Shown one piece after another: positions 1 through 12,215 of a stretch of 64,000 nucleotides of DNA. Both the position numbers and the translations under genes were made by a program. Origin of the DNA: Geosiphon pyriformis uo1 (Eukaryota; Fungi; Glomeromycota). The stretch spans positions 434,001 through 498,000 of the forward strand of contig JAAOMT010000276.1 of the NCBI GenBank assembly GCA_016748015.1, read 5' to 3'. The notes beneath the pieces are model-generated. The model had not been told where the DNA came from and did not search any database. It saw only the letters and a program-made list of their open reading frames with translations. The stretch's first letter is position 1. The number at the start of each line of letters is the position of its first letter.

Positions 1-3000
1 GCATCAGAGTGATCTGTGATGAAATCATCCACGGAGTAGTCAGATTCATTATATTCGAGTGTCCAAGAGTTGTCTTTGATTTCTCGTATTTTTTTGGGCA
101 TAGTGCCTTTGGCTTTGGTGCTTGCTATTCTTCAGATTTTGTGATTATCATGTGGATAACCGTCTAACCTATTGAGTGCTCATTTCTAAGCATTCTTAAT
201 GAGAGTTTTCTTTTATACCCAATCATTAATTAATATGGTGTACTGACAAGTCTTGTCACATGTTTTTTCTCTGCCAGGCACATTATTTTAGAGTTCTTTA
301 TTAGGCAGGATCTCATTACATGCAAGGCATAACATGTTGTTTCATTTGCCTTGTCATTTCGGTCATCCAAATTTTTTCAGTAAACAAGGTTTGCAGTAGT
401 ATTTGGTGGCAGTAGACCATTTTTTATTATTCTTGATACATGTGCTCATTGTGGATAGCTTCTTTTCACAATCAACATTATTAGTTTTGGAGGTTGGTAA
501 AATAAATTTCTTTGGTCCAAGATTATGTATCCTAGTGATGATAATTGGAGTTCTTTTTTGGCTCTGCCTTTTTTTTTTTTTTCAGGTTGGTGGTAGAAGT
601 AGTTCAGTTTGATAATTGTCCGCCCATGAAACCTGATAGATTTCAATGGTCAATGGTAGTGGTGTGTCTTCGAATTCAATAAGGAGTTCCTCAGTATGTT
701 GGGTTTTAAAGTGTCTGCACATAACTGGAACTTGGGCATGCTGTCCATTAAATGTGAATTGAAGTTCTTAGGTGTTCCAGTCGAGTGTAGCATTAGCTTT
801 TAACAGCCAATCATTTCCTACTAGAGCTTGATATTAAGTAACTTCTATAATAAGTACTTTGGTAAAAATCTGGATTTTATTAATCTCGAAGGAGAAGTTG
901 TCAATTTTTCTTATTAGGGTTTTTGTGTTTCCATCTGCTGTAATGATTTAAGCAGTAGTAACATGGTTTACTTGGCAACCTAGTTGGTTTATAAGCTGCT
1001 TTATGATTATGCTACTGGCTAATCCACTATTCAGAATTAATTTAATGTCTATTCCACAGGTATAGATTTATCAAAACCCTGGTCTTCCATAAAACCAAGA
1101 TAGGAAGCTTGATTTGGGTATCCAGTTGGTGCTGGTCGAGATTGGGCAGGACTGCGAGAGATTGGTTGAGACAGTTCACTGTTGGTTTGCACTTAATTGT
1201 TGTTGGAATTGATTATAATCTATGGCTTGAGGTCTGGGCTGGCTGTAAGGGGGAGTTTGATAATAAAGGATTGTTTGTGTTATTGGTGATAGTTGATAAT
1301 AATTCCAGGGCAGTGGTTGAGTGTATGAGACTTGTTGTGCATACTGGGACAGTTGATTTTAAGGTATGAAATATTGGAATACCATGTTTTACTAATATCT
1401 TGGTTGCTGGTATTGGTTTCCTTAAGTTTGGTCTATTATCTTTTTTCTGCAGTTATGGGCAATATGTTCAGGTTTCTGGTAGTAGTAACAGTTGTGGAGA
1501 TTGAATCTCCAAGGTTGTTGCTGTTGCTGACAGTTCTGTTACTGGGAGTATCTGCTGTTGTTGTTATTTTCTTTTCATTGTGATGGTTGGTAAGTTTCTA
1601 TGGTTTCAGTTAAAAATTCCTCAATTTTCTGAGTTAATTTTTCACTTAATTGGATTATCTTTGCATTGATGTCAGAGATTTTATTGATGGCTAAATTAAT
1701 AACTTGGATATGGTTTGCTTCTTGTTTTGCAGACTCAAAATCACAAGTGAGAGTGACTGCTTTTTGTAGGGTTGTCAGATGATGAAGTTATATAAACCTT
1801 AGGTGACTGCTCCTTAGTTTTTTAATGAATTGATTGAGAATTTGTGCAGTGGTATAATAATTCTACTTAATGGCTAGAATTTGTCAAAAGACCTGATTGA
1901 ATCTTCCGAGATAAGTAGTTACTGCTTCATGGTCATTTTGTTTTATTATACTGAATTGATTTTGCAATTAAATGAGTGTATTAAAGTCACAAAAGTATTG
2001 CAGAAATGCAAGTTTAAACTCTGTAAAGGAGGTAGGCTTCTCTGCAAAACTCTGGTACCACGAATTGGCAGTTCCAGTCAAAAAGAATGGCAGTGTCTGA
2101 ATTGTGTGATTGTTGTCCCAACCATTAGTGGTAATGGCTTTTTTAGCATCTGTGATCCAAGAATATGCATTATCTTTTTCACCAGAGAATTTCTCCAATT
2201 TAGTAATATTCCAGTAAGCCATAATCTGGTTAATGAGTGAAATATTACTAGTTATGTTTAAGGAAATTGGTGTCTGCATATTCGAGTGTTCTCTGGGTGC
2301 TAATGCTGATTGTTTTTCTTTGTTACTTGTACCAATAGATTGTAAGATAGCTGTTTTCTCTGTCAAGGAAGATGCTGATTCTGCTGGGTTTTGTGCTGGT
2401 GGTTGTTTCCAAGTTGACATGTTTTTTTCTGTTTGACTGGCTGTTGGGATAAGATTTTCAAACAGTGATCCGTATTCTCCTAATGATTTGGTCCAACTGT
2501 ATTGACCCCAAGGGTGTGGATTTCCAGGAGTTTGTGGTGTTTTTAACTGGGTTTCTGGGGGTGGGTTGAATACAATTCTACTTTGGGGTGTCTAATGATA
2601 TAATAAAGTTGTTGGGAAGAAGATCCTTGGTTTCTTGGTAATCATGGACTTGTCTTGGGCAGTTGTGGGATTATTGGATCTATCTTCATATTCCTCCAGA
2701 TCAGATTTTACTGGTTGTTGTATTTAAGGGAATTGTTGTGTTATGTAGTGTTTAATGTCTGTATTGACTATGTATAGAGTTTCAGTGATTGCTCAAGTAG
2801 TGGTAGTTGTTAAGTACCCTAATAAGGTTTGATAGATTTGTTCTCCAAGTCTTTCTGTATCAGTTGTGCGTCCTAACAAGCAGTTGATTTTTGCATTAAT
2901 ATAGTTGCAAAAATCACTTTCTGTGATAGTAGTTTCTGCTGGTATTTCTAGATCTTTTTGAAAGTATTGAAATAGTGCTTTTCTATATGAGGAGTGGTCT

Positions 3001-3050
3001 TTTCTTATTGTTCCAATAGTTGCCACTTTTGTGTATCTTTAGAGTGCTCT
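1..3050 (-). pseudogene. gag-pol: gag-pol remnant of element C
   Basis: Fragments 2793-3026 and 1968-2420 homologous to B2 Gag; many in-frame stops. Confidence 0.8.
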
Positions 3051-3087
3051 GTCTCTGTGGATTTATAACCTTACAGAGAGCACCAAA

Positions 3088-4014
3088 TGTTACAAATAAA
3101 CTTGGCAGAGTATGGTGATAATGTTTAGTGCTCTATTTTTGGGTTATCTTTCAAGGTTGTTTGCTTTTTTTACTGTGTCAGTGTTATCAGTCTCTAAAGG
3201 TCTATTCTTGGATGTAAATTTACCCATTGAGTTCTTTGGTTATAAGGCACAGAGTTTGTTTTTTGTCAATTGCAACATTTTTCGTAATTGTAAGTTTTCT
3301 TCTCCATGCTAATGAGTGCAGTCATTAGGATTTGACATTGTTTTTTTACCCTTCTGGTAAGCTACCAAGATAATATTAATATCCAAAACTTAGGAGAAGC
3401 TTCTCTTTTTTACCAGGCTATCATAAAGTCTATTCCAAGACAGTCAATTTTTTTATGTTGCCACTCCAAACAAAAGAAAAAAGAAAAGAAAAAAATAAAG
3501 AAAGAAAAAGAAAAGAAAAGAAAGAAAAAGAATTAGTTCCTGTCAATCACCGTGATCAAGAGTGATTGGTCTAAATTGTTAAGGTTTGAGGTGTTTATGC
3601 TAATGGCATCTGTCCCAGAACAAAGATAGAAAATACTGATTTTGATTTTTAATTGAAATCTGTAATATTGGTGAACATAAAGTGGTAAATTGAATTTCTT
3701 TTTGGTTTTTAATATTTTATTGTATTTCGGACTATAGATATATGATAAGTATAATACAAAGTAAAATTAATTGCTAACTAACTGTCTTTTCAACTTCTAC
3801 AACTACTTGTTTTTATACATTTTTTTGGTTTTACAGGATTGCTTTCAATTGCTTCACTATTGCTAGCTATTGCTCATTATTGCTAGTAATTGCTCACATT
3901 TGCTAGCTATTGCTCGTGTTTGTCCTGTGTTACTTCGAGTTGTACTGCATTTTTCTTGTCATGTTTCTTTGTCATGTTTTTCCATAGCTTTTTGGTTTTT
4001 CTACTCGGGTAACA
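3088..4014 (-). repeat. 5' LTR of element C (~927 bp)
   Basis: Terminal TGTTAC/GTAACA inverted ends, adjacent PBS, blocks shared with B LTR (ATAGCCTGGTAAAA, AGCTTACCAGAAGG). Confidence 0.8.
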
Positions 4015-4875
4015 TCATATTTCAACAGCTAATGGAAATTGTCTACATTGGACTACTATGGAAATCAGTAGTTGTATACTTGGATGATACCAATGTGTTC
4101 TCTAAAACATTTGATGATCATCTACATTATCTTCAACAAGTATTTGAAAGACTCAGATAAACAGAATTAAAACTAAATGCCAATAAATACTTCTTTAGAA
4201 AAACAGAACTCAAATTTTTAAGACATGTTGTAAGCAAAGACAGTATCAAAACAGATCCAAATAAGATTGCAATAGTAAAAAACTTTTTAGTACCAACCAA
4301 TTTAACAGAACTAAAAGCATTTTTGGGATTTGCAAGCTATTATTGTTGCTTTATCAAAGACTTTTCTAAACTGGCTCAGCCACTTTATTATCTACAAACC
4401 AAGAATATAAAGTATGAATAGACAGTAGCTCAACAAAAAGTGTTCAACACACTGAGAAAAAAACTTATTTATGCTTCAGTACTGATCTATCTAGACCACA
4501 ATAAACCATTCATTATCACTACAGATGTATTAAGCCAAGCATTGGGAGCAGTACTATTACAAAGAGAACTAGATAGAAGAGAACATCCAATAGCATAGCC
4601 AAAGTTTGAGTTCAGCCAAAAAGAACTATAGAACACTAGCATTAGAATATTTAGCAATTTATTGGACAGTCATAAAATGAAAAAAATACTTGAGCCAAAA
4701 GTTTGAAATATATATGGATCACAAAGAACTGACTTCAATACAGAAGCAAGAATTTGGAGATAATTGCTATACAAGATAGAAAATAGCACTATCATCATAT
4801 ACATTTACAGTACACTATAAAAAGGGAAAAGACAATGAAAATGCCAATGGATTGTCACAAATGAGACAAATCTAA
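4015..4875 (+). pseudogene. pol: RT/RNase H remnant (B1)
   Basis: YLDD motif, RNase H-like ITTDV..ALGAVL, ends NANGLSQMRQI*. Confidence 0.85.
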
Positions 4876-4905
4876 AAACATTTCAATTCAAAAATATAAC
4901 AAAAG

Positions 4906-6282
4906 ATGAATATACAAAAATACCAACAACTTCAACATTATATAAATACCCAATTGTTCAAGGAGAAATTATATCAAAAGGAACAAAGGAACATAAAACA
5001 ACAATCAAAATATTTTATCAACTATCAAAATATACTTTACTGAAAGAACAAAAGAAATCCAGATCAACCAACCAGAGTAATTACCGAACCAGAGAAAAAA
5101 ACAATATTATTCAATATGCACTCAGATCAAACAGCAAGACATTTTCATAAAGAAGCAACAATAGAAAGAACTAGAAAAAGATACTATTGGCCATCAATAT
5201 ATCCAGACATCATCTAATATATTTAAAATTGTGATGCTTGTCAAAGAAGAGGTGAAACAAAATCCAGTGAACCATTAAAACCAATCAAAGTAGAACAACT
5301 ATTTGACTGTATTAGAATCGACTTAATAGGACCATTAACAATAACCAGCAAAGACAACAGATATATTGCAATAGCCATGAATTATCTCACAAAATAGCCA
5401 GAAGCAAAAGCCATTCAAAGAGCAGATGCAGAATCCATTGCTGAATTCATTCATTAAAATTTGATCTGTTAACACGGATGTCTAAAAAAACTACTATCAG
5501 ATCAAGGAATTTACTTTGTGAATAGAACATTAGCAGAATTAAGTCAAAGATTTGGGATAAAAAAACCATTGTCATTACCATACCATCCACAAACAAATGG
5601 GTTAGTTGAAAGGTTTAACAGAACATTGTGTAAAGCCATTGCCAAAATCAGCCAAGAAAACCAAGACAAATGGAATTTGATTATACCATCAGTATTATTT
5701 GCTTACTAAACAATAAAGCAAGACACTATACAAGCAACACTATTCAAATTAGTATACAGTAGAACAGCAACATTACCAGTTGAGATAGAAGTCAAAACAT
5801 ATCCAACAGAACCAATAACAGAAGAGAATTTTCAAAGAACATTGTTGAAAAAAACATATGACTTAATGAAAACACTAGAAAACACATGGCAAAAAGCAGC
5901 TGATAACATACAAAAGTTACAAGAAAAACAAAAAAAAAGACATGATAACCAACTATTAAAGAAACCAGTCGAATTCAAGATTGGAGACAAAGTACTTCTA
6001 TATCATACCAAAGTGAAAAAACAATGGAGTAGAAAATTTGACTCCAAATGGGATAGACCATTTCACATAGAAGAAATTCTAGGAAATGGAACTTATAAAT
6101 TAAGATTAAACAACAAAATCTTAACCAAAGCAGCACATGGTAATCAACTGAAACAATATCATCATACAGCATCATTATCTATCAGTAATATTCCACAATT
6201 AGGAGTACAGAGAATACTAGTTAAACCAAATGAGATTCTACAAGATCTAGAACCAATTATAATTATTGAACCAAACATGTAA
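4906..6282 (+). pseudogene. Integrase ORF remnant (B1), own ATG
   Basis: HHCC zinc finger remnants, core motif, GPF/Y-like WDRPFHI; several stops. Confidence 0.85.
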
Positions 6283-6312
6283 AATTAGACAACCAAAAAA
6301 ATATATAAAGAC

Positions 6313-6971
6313 ATAGTATACATGACAAAAGACAGTAGAAAATGGAGATTATTGACAACATTCATTCACTAACACAACAACTTTTCCAACTGATCTAACA
6401 ACAAGAGATGAAAATCACAATTAACCAACAAACTATCAAATATACAAATACCAAAAAAAGACCATGAGATAAAATATGGAAAAATACAGAAAACACTGTT
6501 AACAAAATAATCACAAAAATAAAATTGGCCATAGAAACACAACAAGAAGTCACCCAATATCAAAAGTTGATTATAGAAACTTGGAATTAGTGGATACAAC
6601 AATTTTCAAGAAACTTTTGTTACTTCCACTTGGAATAACACTTGAACATTCAGAACTTATATATAGATAAAACAAAACAATTATTTAACACAGCTATACT
6701 GCAGCAACTAGAACAATTTGTGGAAAAAAACAATTTGACAACACAAGCAAGAGCCATCTATTGGCTACAGACTGGATTTCAAGACAGACCAGAAATCTTA
6801 CTTAATTCAGAAATGGGCTCTATTACAGTAAACCAAATAAGAAAAATAACCAATGTCCAATTTGAAGAATTACAGGACAGGATAACACAAGTAATTCTCA
6901 AAAAAGAAGTTCAAGAAATACTCAAGAATAGAGAATTAGAATTAGGAGATTTCGACAGAGCTCAATATTAA
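6313..6971 (+). pseudogene. B-family ORF3 (unknown protein between integrase and PPT)
   Basis: Homologous to 46244-46903; ORF 6642-6971 is its C-terminal part, stop abuts PPT. Confidence 0.7.
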
Positions 6972-6984
6972 AAAGAGGAAATAA

Positions 6985-7844
6985 TGTTACTTATAAAATA
7001 TAGAAAATATATTAACATATAAATTAGCCAATCAAAAGTAGCTGTAATAAAGATGAAATTCCAGAATTCCTCTTAGAGGAATTGCAAGATTTCAGAAATT
7101 TCAGGATTCTCATATAAGGAATTGCAGAATTCCAAAATTCTAAGATTCTTTTCAAAGAAATTGCAGGATTCCAGGAATTCCAAGATTCTTGATGTGAAGA
7201 ATTGAAGAATTAAGGAATCTCAATTATGTATATATAGCAGTAGTGCTAGAAGTAAAAAAGACAGAATCCTTTAGTTAAAGACCTTTCAGTTTAGATTTAA
7301 TCAAAACAACCTTTTAATTACAAATATTAATAAATAAATTATTTAATATCTCAATTCACTCTTCACTATTAACCCTTTATATTGATAGTCTCAAATACTT
7401 AACCATGTTGGAACAATAACTTTTGATCACAGCTATTGATGAGATACTAACTATTATTGTCTTGGCTTATTTGTTTTTATATTTTTTTTATATTTTTTAT
7501 TACTTTCTTTTGTTTTACTAACTTGATTATAAGGATTCATGCGTGGAGATACTGATGTTAGGATATAGCATTGGTAAAAGACCCAGAAATAAGGGTAGAC
7601 ACTTGGAATTAAGGATATCTTACCAGAAGGTTTACCAGCCATCATACTGAGAAAAAAATTGACAAAACTGTGGTTTTGGAAAGCTATGAATAAAACTATC
7701 AGTTAAAATCTCTGTCCATTATACAAAGAACTATATTAAAACCTTCAGATACAAACAGCCTACAGATATTACTCGAGTCATCAATTAAGCACTAAGTTAC
7801 AAGTTTGTTATTTGCTTTGAGACTCCAAATAATCACTTGTAACA
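6985..7844 (+). repeat. 3' LTR of B1 (~860 bp)
   Basis: TGTTAC...GTAACA, preceded by PPT, homologous to 37680-38549. Confidence 0.9.
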
Positions 7845-8552
7845 TCGTACATCCAACAAACCACCCAAGTCCATGGACACAAATATAGCTTGGTAATCAG
7901 TGTCAAAGTAGTCACCAATACTAAAAACCTCACAATATACTACTGTATTAATCAGACCTGAAAAAAGAAATATGTAGTCAATTGTTTTCATAATCTTTCT
8001 AAAATTTTCCCAAGTAGACTTTTTCAATACTAAGCTCTCAACCAACACATTGACCAGACCTAGATCAAGGCATTTCTTAAAACTGGCACTTTTATGAGAA
8101 CCATTTTCATTGAAATCACTACCAAGAATGATGAAAGAAGACTTGTTTGTAGCCTTAGCAATAAGAGAATTGATTTCACCAGCCTGAGAAAACCAAACCA
8201 CCAAAGAAGTATCAGCATAGAGCCCCAAAATTGACACAGAAAGTTTGTTTTTGAAAAGTAATTTAATAGATAAAACCTGACCAGACACTTCAAAAACCCT
8301 GTACACATGCTTTACCAAAAATGAATACAATACCAGCACCCAGATATTCAGACTTTAGACCAGAAGTAAACACCCAAATACCATCAAATTTGTTGACAAT
8401 CCAGGGGCAAATCTTCTCTTTAAGTTTTATTTCATAAAAATAGAAACTAAATTGTTCATGTTCTTGTGCCAATAAACAATATCATCTTGTTTTACAAGAT
8501 TATTCATTTCTTTAATGTTGCAAATGGCAACTTTCCAAACCAACTCACTCAT
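7845..8552 (-). pseudogene. LINE ORF2 APE endonuclease domain
   Basis: ORFs 7833-8339 and 8290-8472; GDFN- and SDH-like motifs, degenerate. Confidence 0.85.
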
Positions 8553-10400
8553 TGAAGAGGAGATTAAGGGAGTGCACTACCAGCCAAAACCAAACCATCA
8601 AAGTGAACAAACAAGCTCAGCACAGAAGCAGAAAGGCCTTCCAATATATTTTCTAATTTAACCACATAAGAAGATGTCAACAAGTCCATAACAGTAGCAG
8701 TCTCACCACCAGTAGTCTTATTTAAACTTACTCCCATTACTATATTACTTACTGGATTCTATAACAAAGAGAAGGAGGTTACTGACAGCTGACATCCAGG
8801 GCTAGGCTGGGAAACTGTTGGCACAAGTGATTCCAACCTCTTAGCCAACTTATCAATCTGTTCTATAAGACTAGCAAGACTGCTTTTAATACTAACCAAA
8901 TGTCTTTTTAAACAATCACAACTAAAGAAGGAGGTTTACTATCATCAATGGAACCAAGATGTGAACTATCACCATAAAACACAAATGTGAGAAAAATACT
9001 AATCATTGATGCCTAAGTCTTTTCACCAAAAGTCAGAGAACGGAAGACAGATGCAGATTTCTTTTCATAAATCTTTGCCAACCTGAACTGGTTCTGAGCT
9101 GATAGGAGAGTCTTTCTGCTTTTAGGAGCCAAATTATCTTTGACCAAGTTACAAATGAGAGATATATATAATCTGGACTTTTACAAACTGAACACAAAGC
9201 TAATAAAAAATAAGACCAGCGAAGATCCACTCCTTTTATGACTGAAGTTGCAGCCAATGCATTAGTCAAATCCAGTTCAGAATCAAAACACACTATGACA
9301 CAGTAAGCATAGGTATAATTAACAAGATTGCAATCAATAAAGCAAGTTTTTCCATTTACAAAACCAATAAAATCTCACAAATTATGAGCAGATGTACTTA
9401 TAGGGAGAGTGTAAAACAAAGCCCTAAATTTATTCCTAATATTCCATGTCTGTTTATCAACATTAGTCTTGGCCACATAAACAGTATTTTTTTCGATTAA
9501 GATGGACCACTTGGAAGCCAAAAGATCAGCTTGATTTGGTTCTTTAATTCAATAGTTGCTTTCTGTCACAGACCAACCAGCTATATTTTGATTAACTTAA
9601 TGACATCAAATTTAATAACAGCAGCACAAACAGCTTCAATAGATGTTTTCACAGGAATTTTCTTTAACACAATTGCCTAATCTGTATGATTGTTGATTGG
9701 GCACTTGAGATTGGTATTTATTACAATACCACAATCATTTGCCAATTTTGCCGCAGCCATCATTGCCATTTCAGAAGTAAAAAAGACCCAGATGATTTCA
9801 CCAAATTTTGAAGGAGTAAAGGCCCTTCCAAAACTATTCACATCAGAGAAAATTTTTCTAACATAAAACAACTTTTCCTGAGAGAATTTGCCAGCTACTA
9901 TCATAAATTCAATATCCAGAGCAAATGACTTTCTAATTGAGATTTGCACCACAGATTTAAGAGAAAAAGAGGGAGAGAGTGAAAGCAATCCATCCAAAAC
10001 TTTATCATTACCATTACTTTTCATGCCGAAATCAATAGTATTTAGAGGCTTTCCAAGAATATGCTTTGTAACAACTCTTTTGGGACTTTTGAGTATTATT
10101 TCAATATTATCACCACCAAACTTCTTCTCACTTTCTTGTTAAAAGCTGGTTTCTTTTACCAAGTACTTCTTCTTTATATCAACACTTTTTAACTCAGTAG
10201 TATCCCCATTTACACATTCAGCCAAATCAACAGAAACATTATAAGCAGAAACACCAATTATCTTAACAGATTCTTTCAATAAGCCACTCTTGTGTTTTTT
10301 TCTAAAAGAAAAATTAATTACAGCAGAACCAAAAAGTGACTTTTTCTTGGTTTCCTTTATAACAGAAATGCCACTGCTAACAGCAGCTTTGTATTTGAAT
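8549..10400 (-). pseudogene. LINE ORF1 (RRM-like repeats, degenerate zinc knuckle, coiled coil)
   Basis: ORFs 9677-10024 and 9033-9293; KWSILIEKNTVYV matches HWSVLVGKDSVRI of family D; TGA overlaps the ORF2 ATG; 5' boundary approximate. Confidence 0.75.
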
Positions 10401-10543
10401 AGAAAGGGTTGTGAAATATCTAATTAAATAGCAAAAAAAACAAAGGCAATAAAAAAAAACTTTTTTTAAAAAATGCACTTTTTTAGAAATTTAAAACATA
10501 AGAGAGAAAAAAAAATTTCCTCTCTTTTTAAGTGTTTTTTGGT

Positions 10544-10563
10544 NNNNNNNNNNNNNNNNNNNN
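10544..10563. other. Assembly gap (20 N) with 492-bp duplicated flank
   Basis: 10052-10543 is repeated apparently identically at 10564-11055. Confidence 0.95.
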
Positions 10564-12215
10564 TCCAAGAATATGCTTTGTAACAACTCTTTTGGGACTT
10601 TTGAGTATTATTTCAATATTATCACCACCAAACTTCTTCTCACTTTCTTGTTAAAAGCTGGTTTCTTTTACCAAGTACTTCTTCTTTATATCAACACTTT
10701 TTAACTCAGTAGTATCCCCATTTACACATTCAGCCAAATCAACAGAAACATTATAAGCAGAAACACCAATTATCTTAACAGATTCTTTCAATAAGCCACT
10801 CTTGTGTTTTTTTCTAAAAGAAAAATTAATTACAGCAGAACCAAAAAGTGACTTTTTCTTGGTTTCCTTTATAACAGAAATGCCACTGCTAACAGCAGCT
10901 TTGTATTTGAATAGAAAGGGTTGTGAAATATCTAATTAAATAGCAAAAAAAACAAAGGCAATAAAAAAAAACTTTTTTTAAAAAATGCACTTTTTTAGAA
11001 ATTTAAAACATAAGAGAGAAAAAAAAATTTCCTCTCTTTTTAAGTGTTTTTTGGTGGTTTTTTTTAGTTTAATTCTTTAAATAAAGTTAAATTTCTTTTA
11101 ATAATTGTGAATAATTTGGAATTGTAATTTAACAAAATTAAAAACAGTCTTATTAGTTTTATAAAACAAATAAATAAGTTAACTAAAAAATTAAATGTAT
11201 TTGTGTTAATGATTTTCTAGTTTAATTTTAAATATTAATTATTGGTAACTTTTTTATCACAAAATTAAATAGATAATATAATAATAAAAGAGAGTTTAAG
11301 TGTATTTATTAATAACAAAACTGCTATAAAGTTAGATTTTTTAGTATCTTTAAATATTATTAAGTTGAAAACTTAATTAGAAGATTTGTTTAATTTAGTT
11401 ATAAATTTGTTAGCAAGATTTGATAGTCTGATTTTAACTTAAGATGTATTTTTTTTAAATATCTTAATAACCAGTCTCATTTAAAAGATTACTATATGTA
11501 ATATAAAAAAATAAACAATCTTACTAAACAAAAAAATATTATTTATTGGTACAAATAAATAAATAATTTAATTTCTATTATTACTAAGACTAAATTAAAA
11601 GACAAAATACATCTGTGAGTAACTAATAAGTTTAAAAATATTCAGGTTTTTATTTTTAATATAGATTTTAATTATTTGAATTTTAGTATTATAATTATTA
11701 TAAACAATATGCTGGCTAAGCATATATACAAGATTTCTAAAATTGTTAATTAGCTTTTGTCTATTAAGTTACTTTTCAAAAATAAGCTTTTTGTTTTAAT
11801 TTTAAAACTATATACTGGTATTGTTTTGGTAATATGTTTGGCTTAAGTTAAAAAGATTAACTTTTTGATTACAAAGGCTGTAAATAAGTTATTTTTTGTA
11901 GTCTTGAGTAGTAATTTCAATAAAAATAATTTTTATAAATGTGTTAATTTTAAAAAGTGTTTTGATTTAAAACTAGTCAATTTTTTGGTAAGAAATTTAA
12001 TTGCTAAAACTTTAATATAAAAAAATTTCAAAAATACTAAAAAAATAATTAATTATATATTTGTTTTTTTAAATCTTATTAATATAGTAGTTAATTATAA
12101 AACTCTAAATATTAATGAATATTTTAATACTAACTATTAAGTTATTTTTGTTTTTGTAAGTTTAAGTGGCTTATTAAATATGTAATTAAACTTTTTTTAC
12201 AAACAAATTAATAGA

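Larger units (their letters stand above)
1..4014 (-). mobile_element. Ty3/Gypsy LTR retrotransposon family C, 5' half (5' LTR, PBS, gag, protease, Cys-rich domain); inserted into RT of element B1
   Basis: LTR TGTTAC...GTAACA at 3088-4014, PBS remnant 3069-3085, Gag capsid-like ITKLEKFSGEKDNAYSW (ORF 1968-2420), degenerate protease IKLILNSG near 1010-1050; B-family RT resumes right after 4014. Confidence 0.85.
4015..7844 (+). mobile_element. Ty3/Gypsy family B copy B1, 3' half (RT, RNase H, integrase, ORF3, PPT, 3' LTR)
   Basis: VVYLDDTNVFSK RT motif; integrase PYHPQTNGLVERFN; PPT AAAAAGAGGAAATAA 6970-6984; LTR 6985-7844; colinear with B2. Confidence 0.9.
7845..11055 (-). mobile_element. LINE copy L-b: 5' region, ORF1 and APE endonuclease part of ORF2, cut by B1
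   Basis: ORF2 N-terminus MSELVWKVAICNI, APE motifs ILGSDFNE, IDYIF, DTDY; upstream RRM/knuckle ORF1; span includes an assembly-gap duplication. Confidence 0.85.

Noticed and set aside
10052-11055. 492-bp direct repeat around the N run
   Set aside because: Apparently identical copies flanking a 20-N gap in otherwise decayed DNA indicate an unmerged contig overlap, not biology
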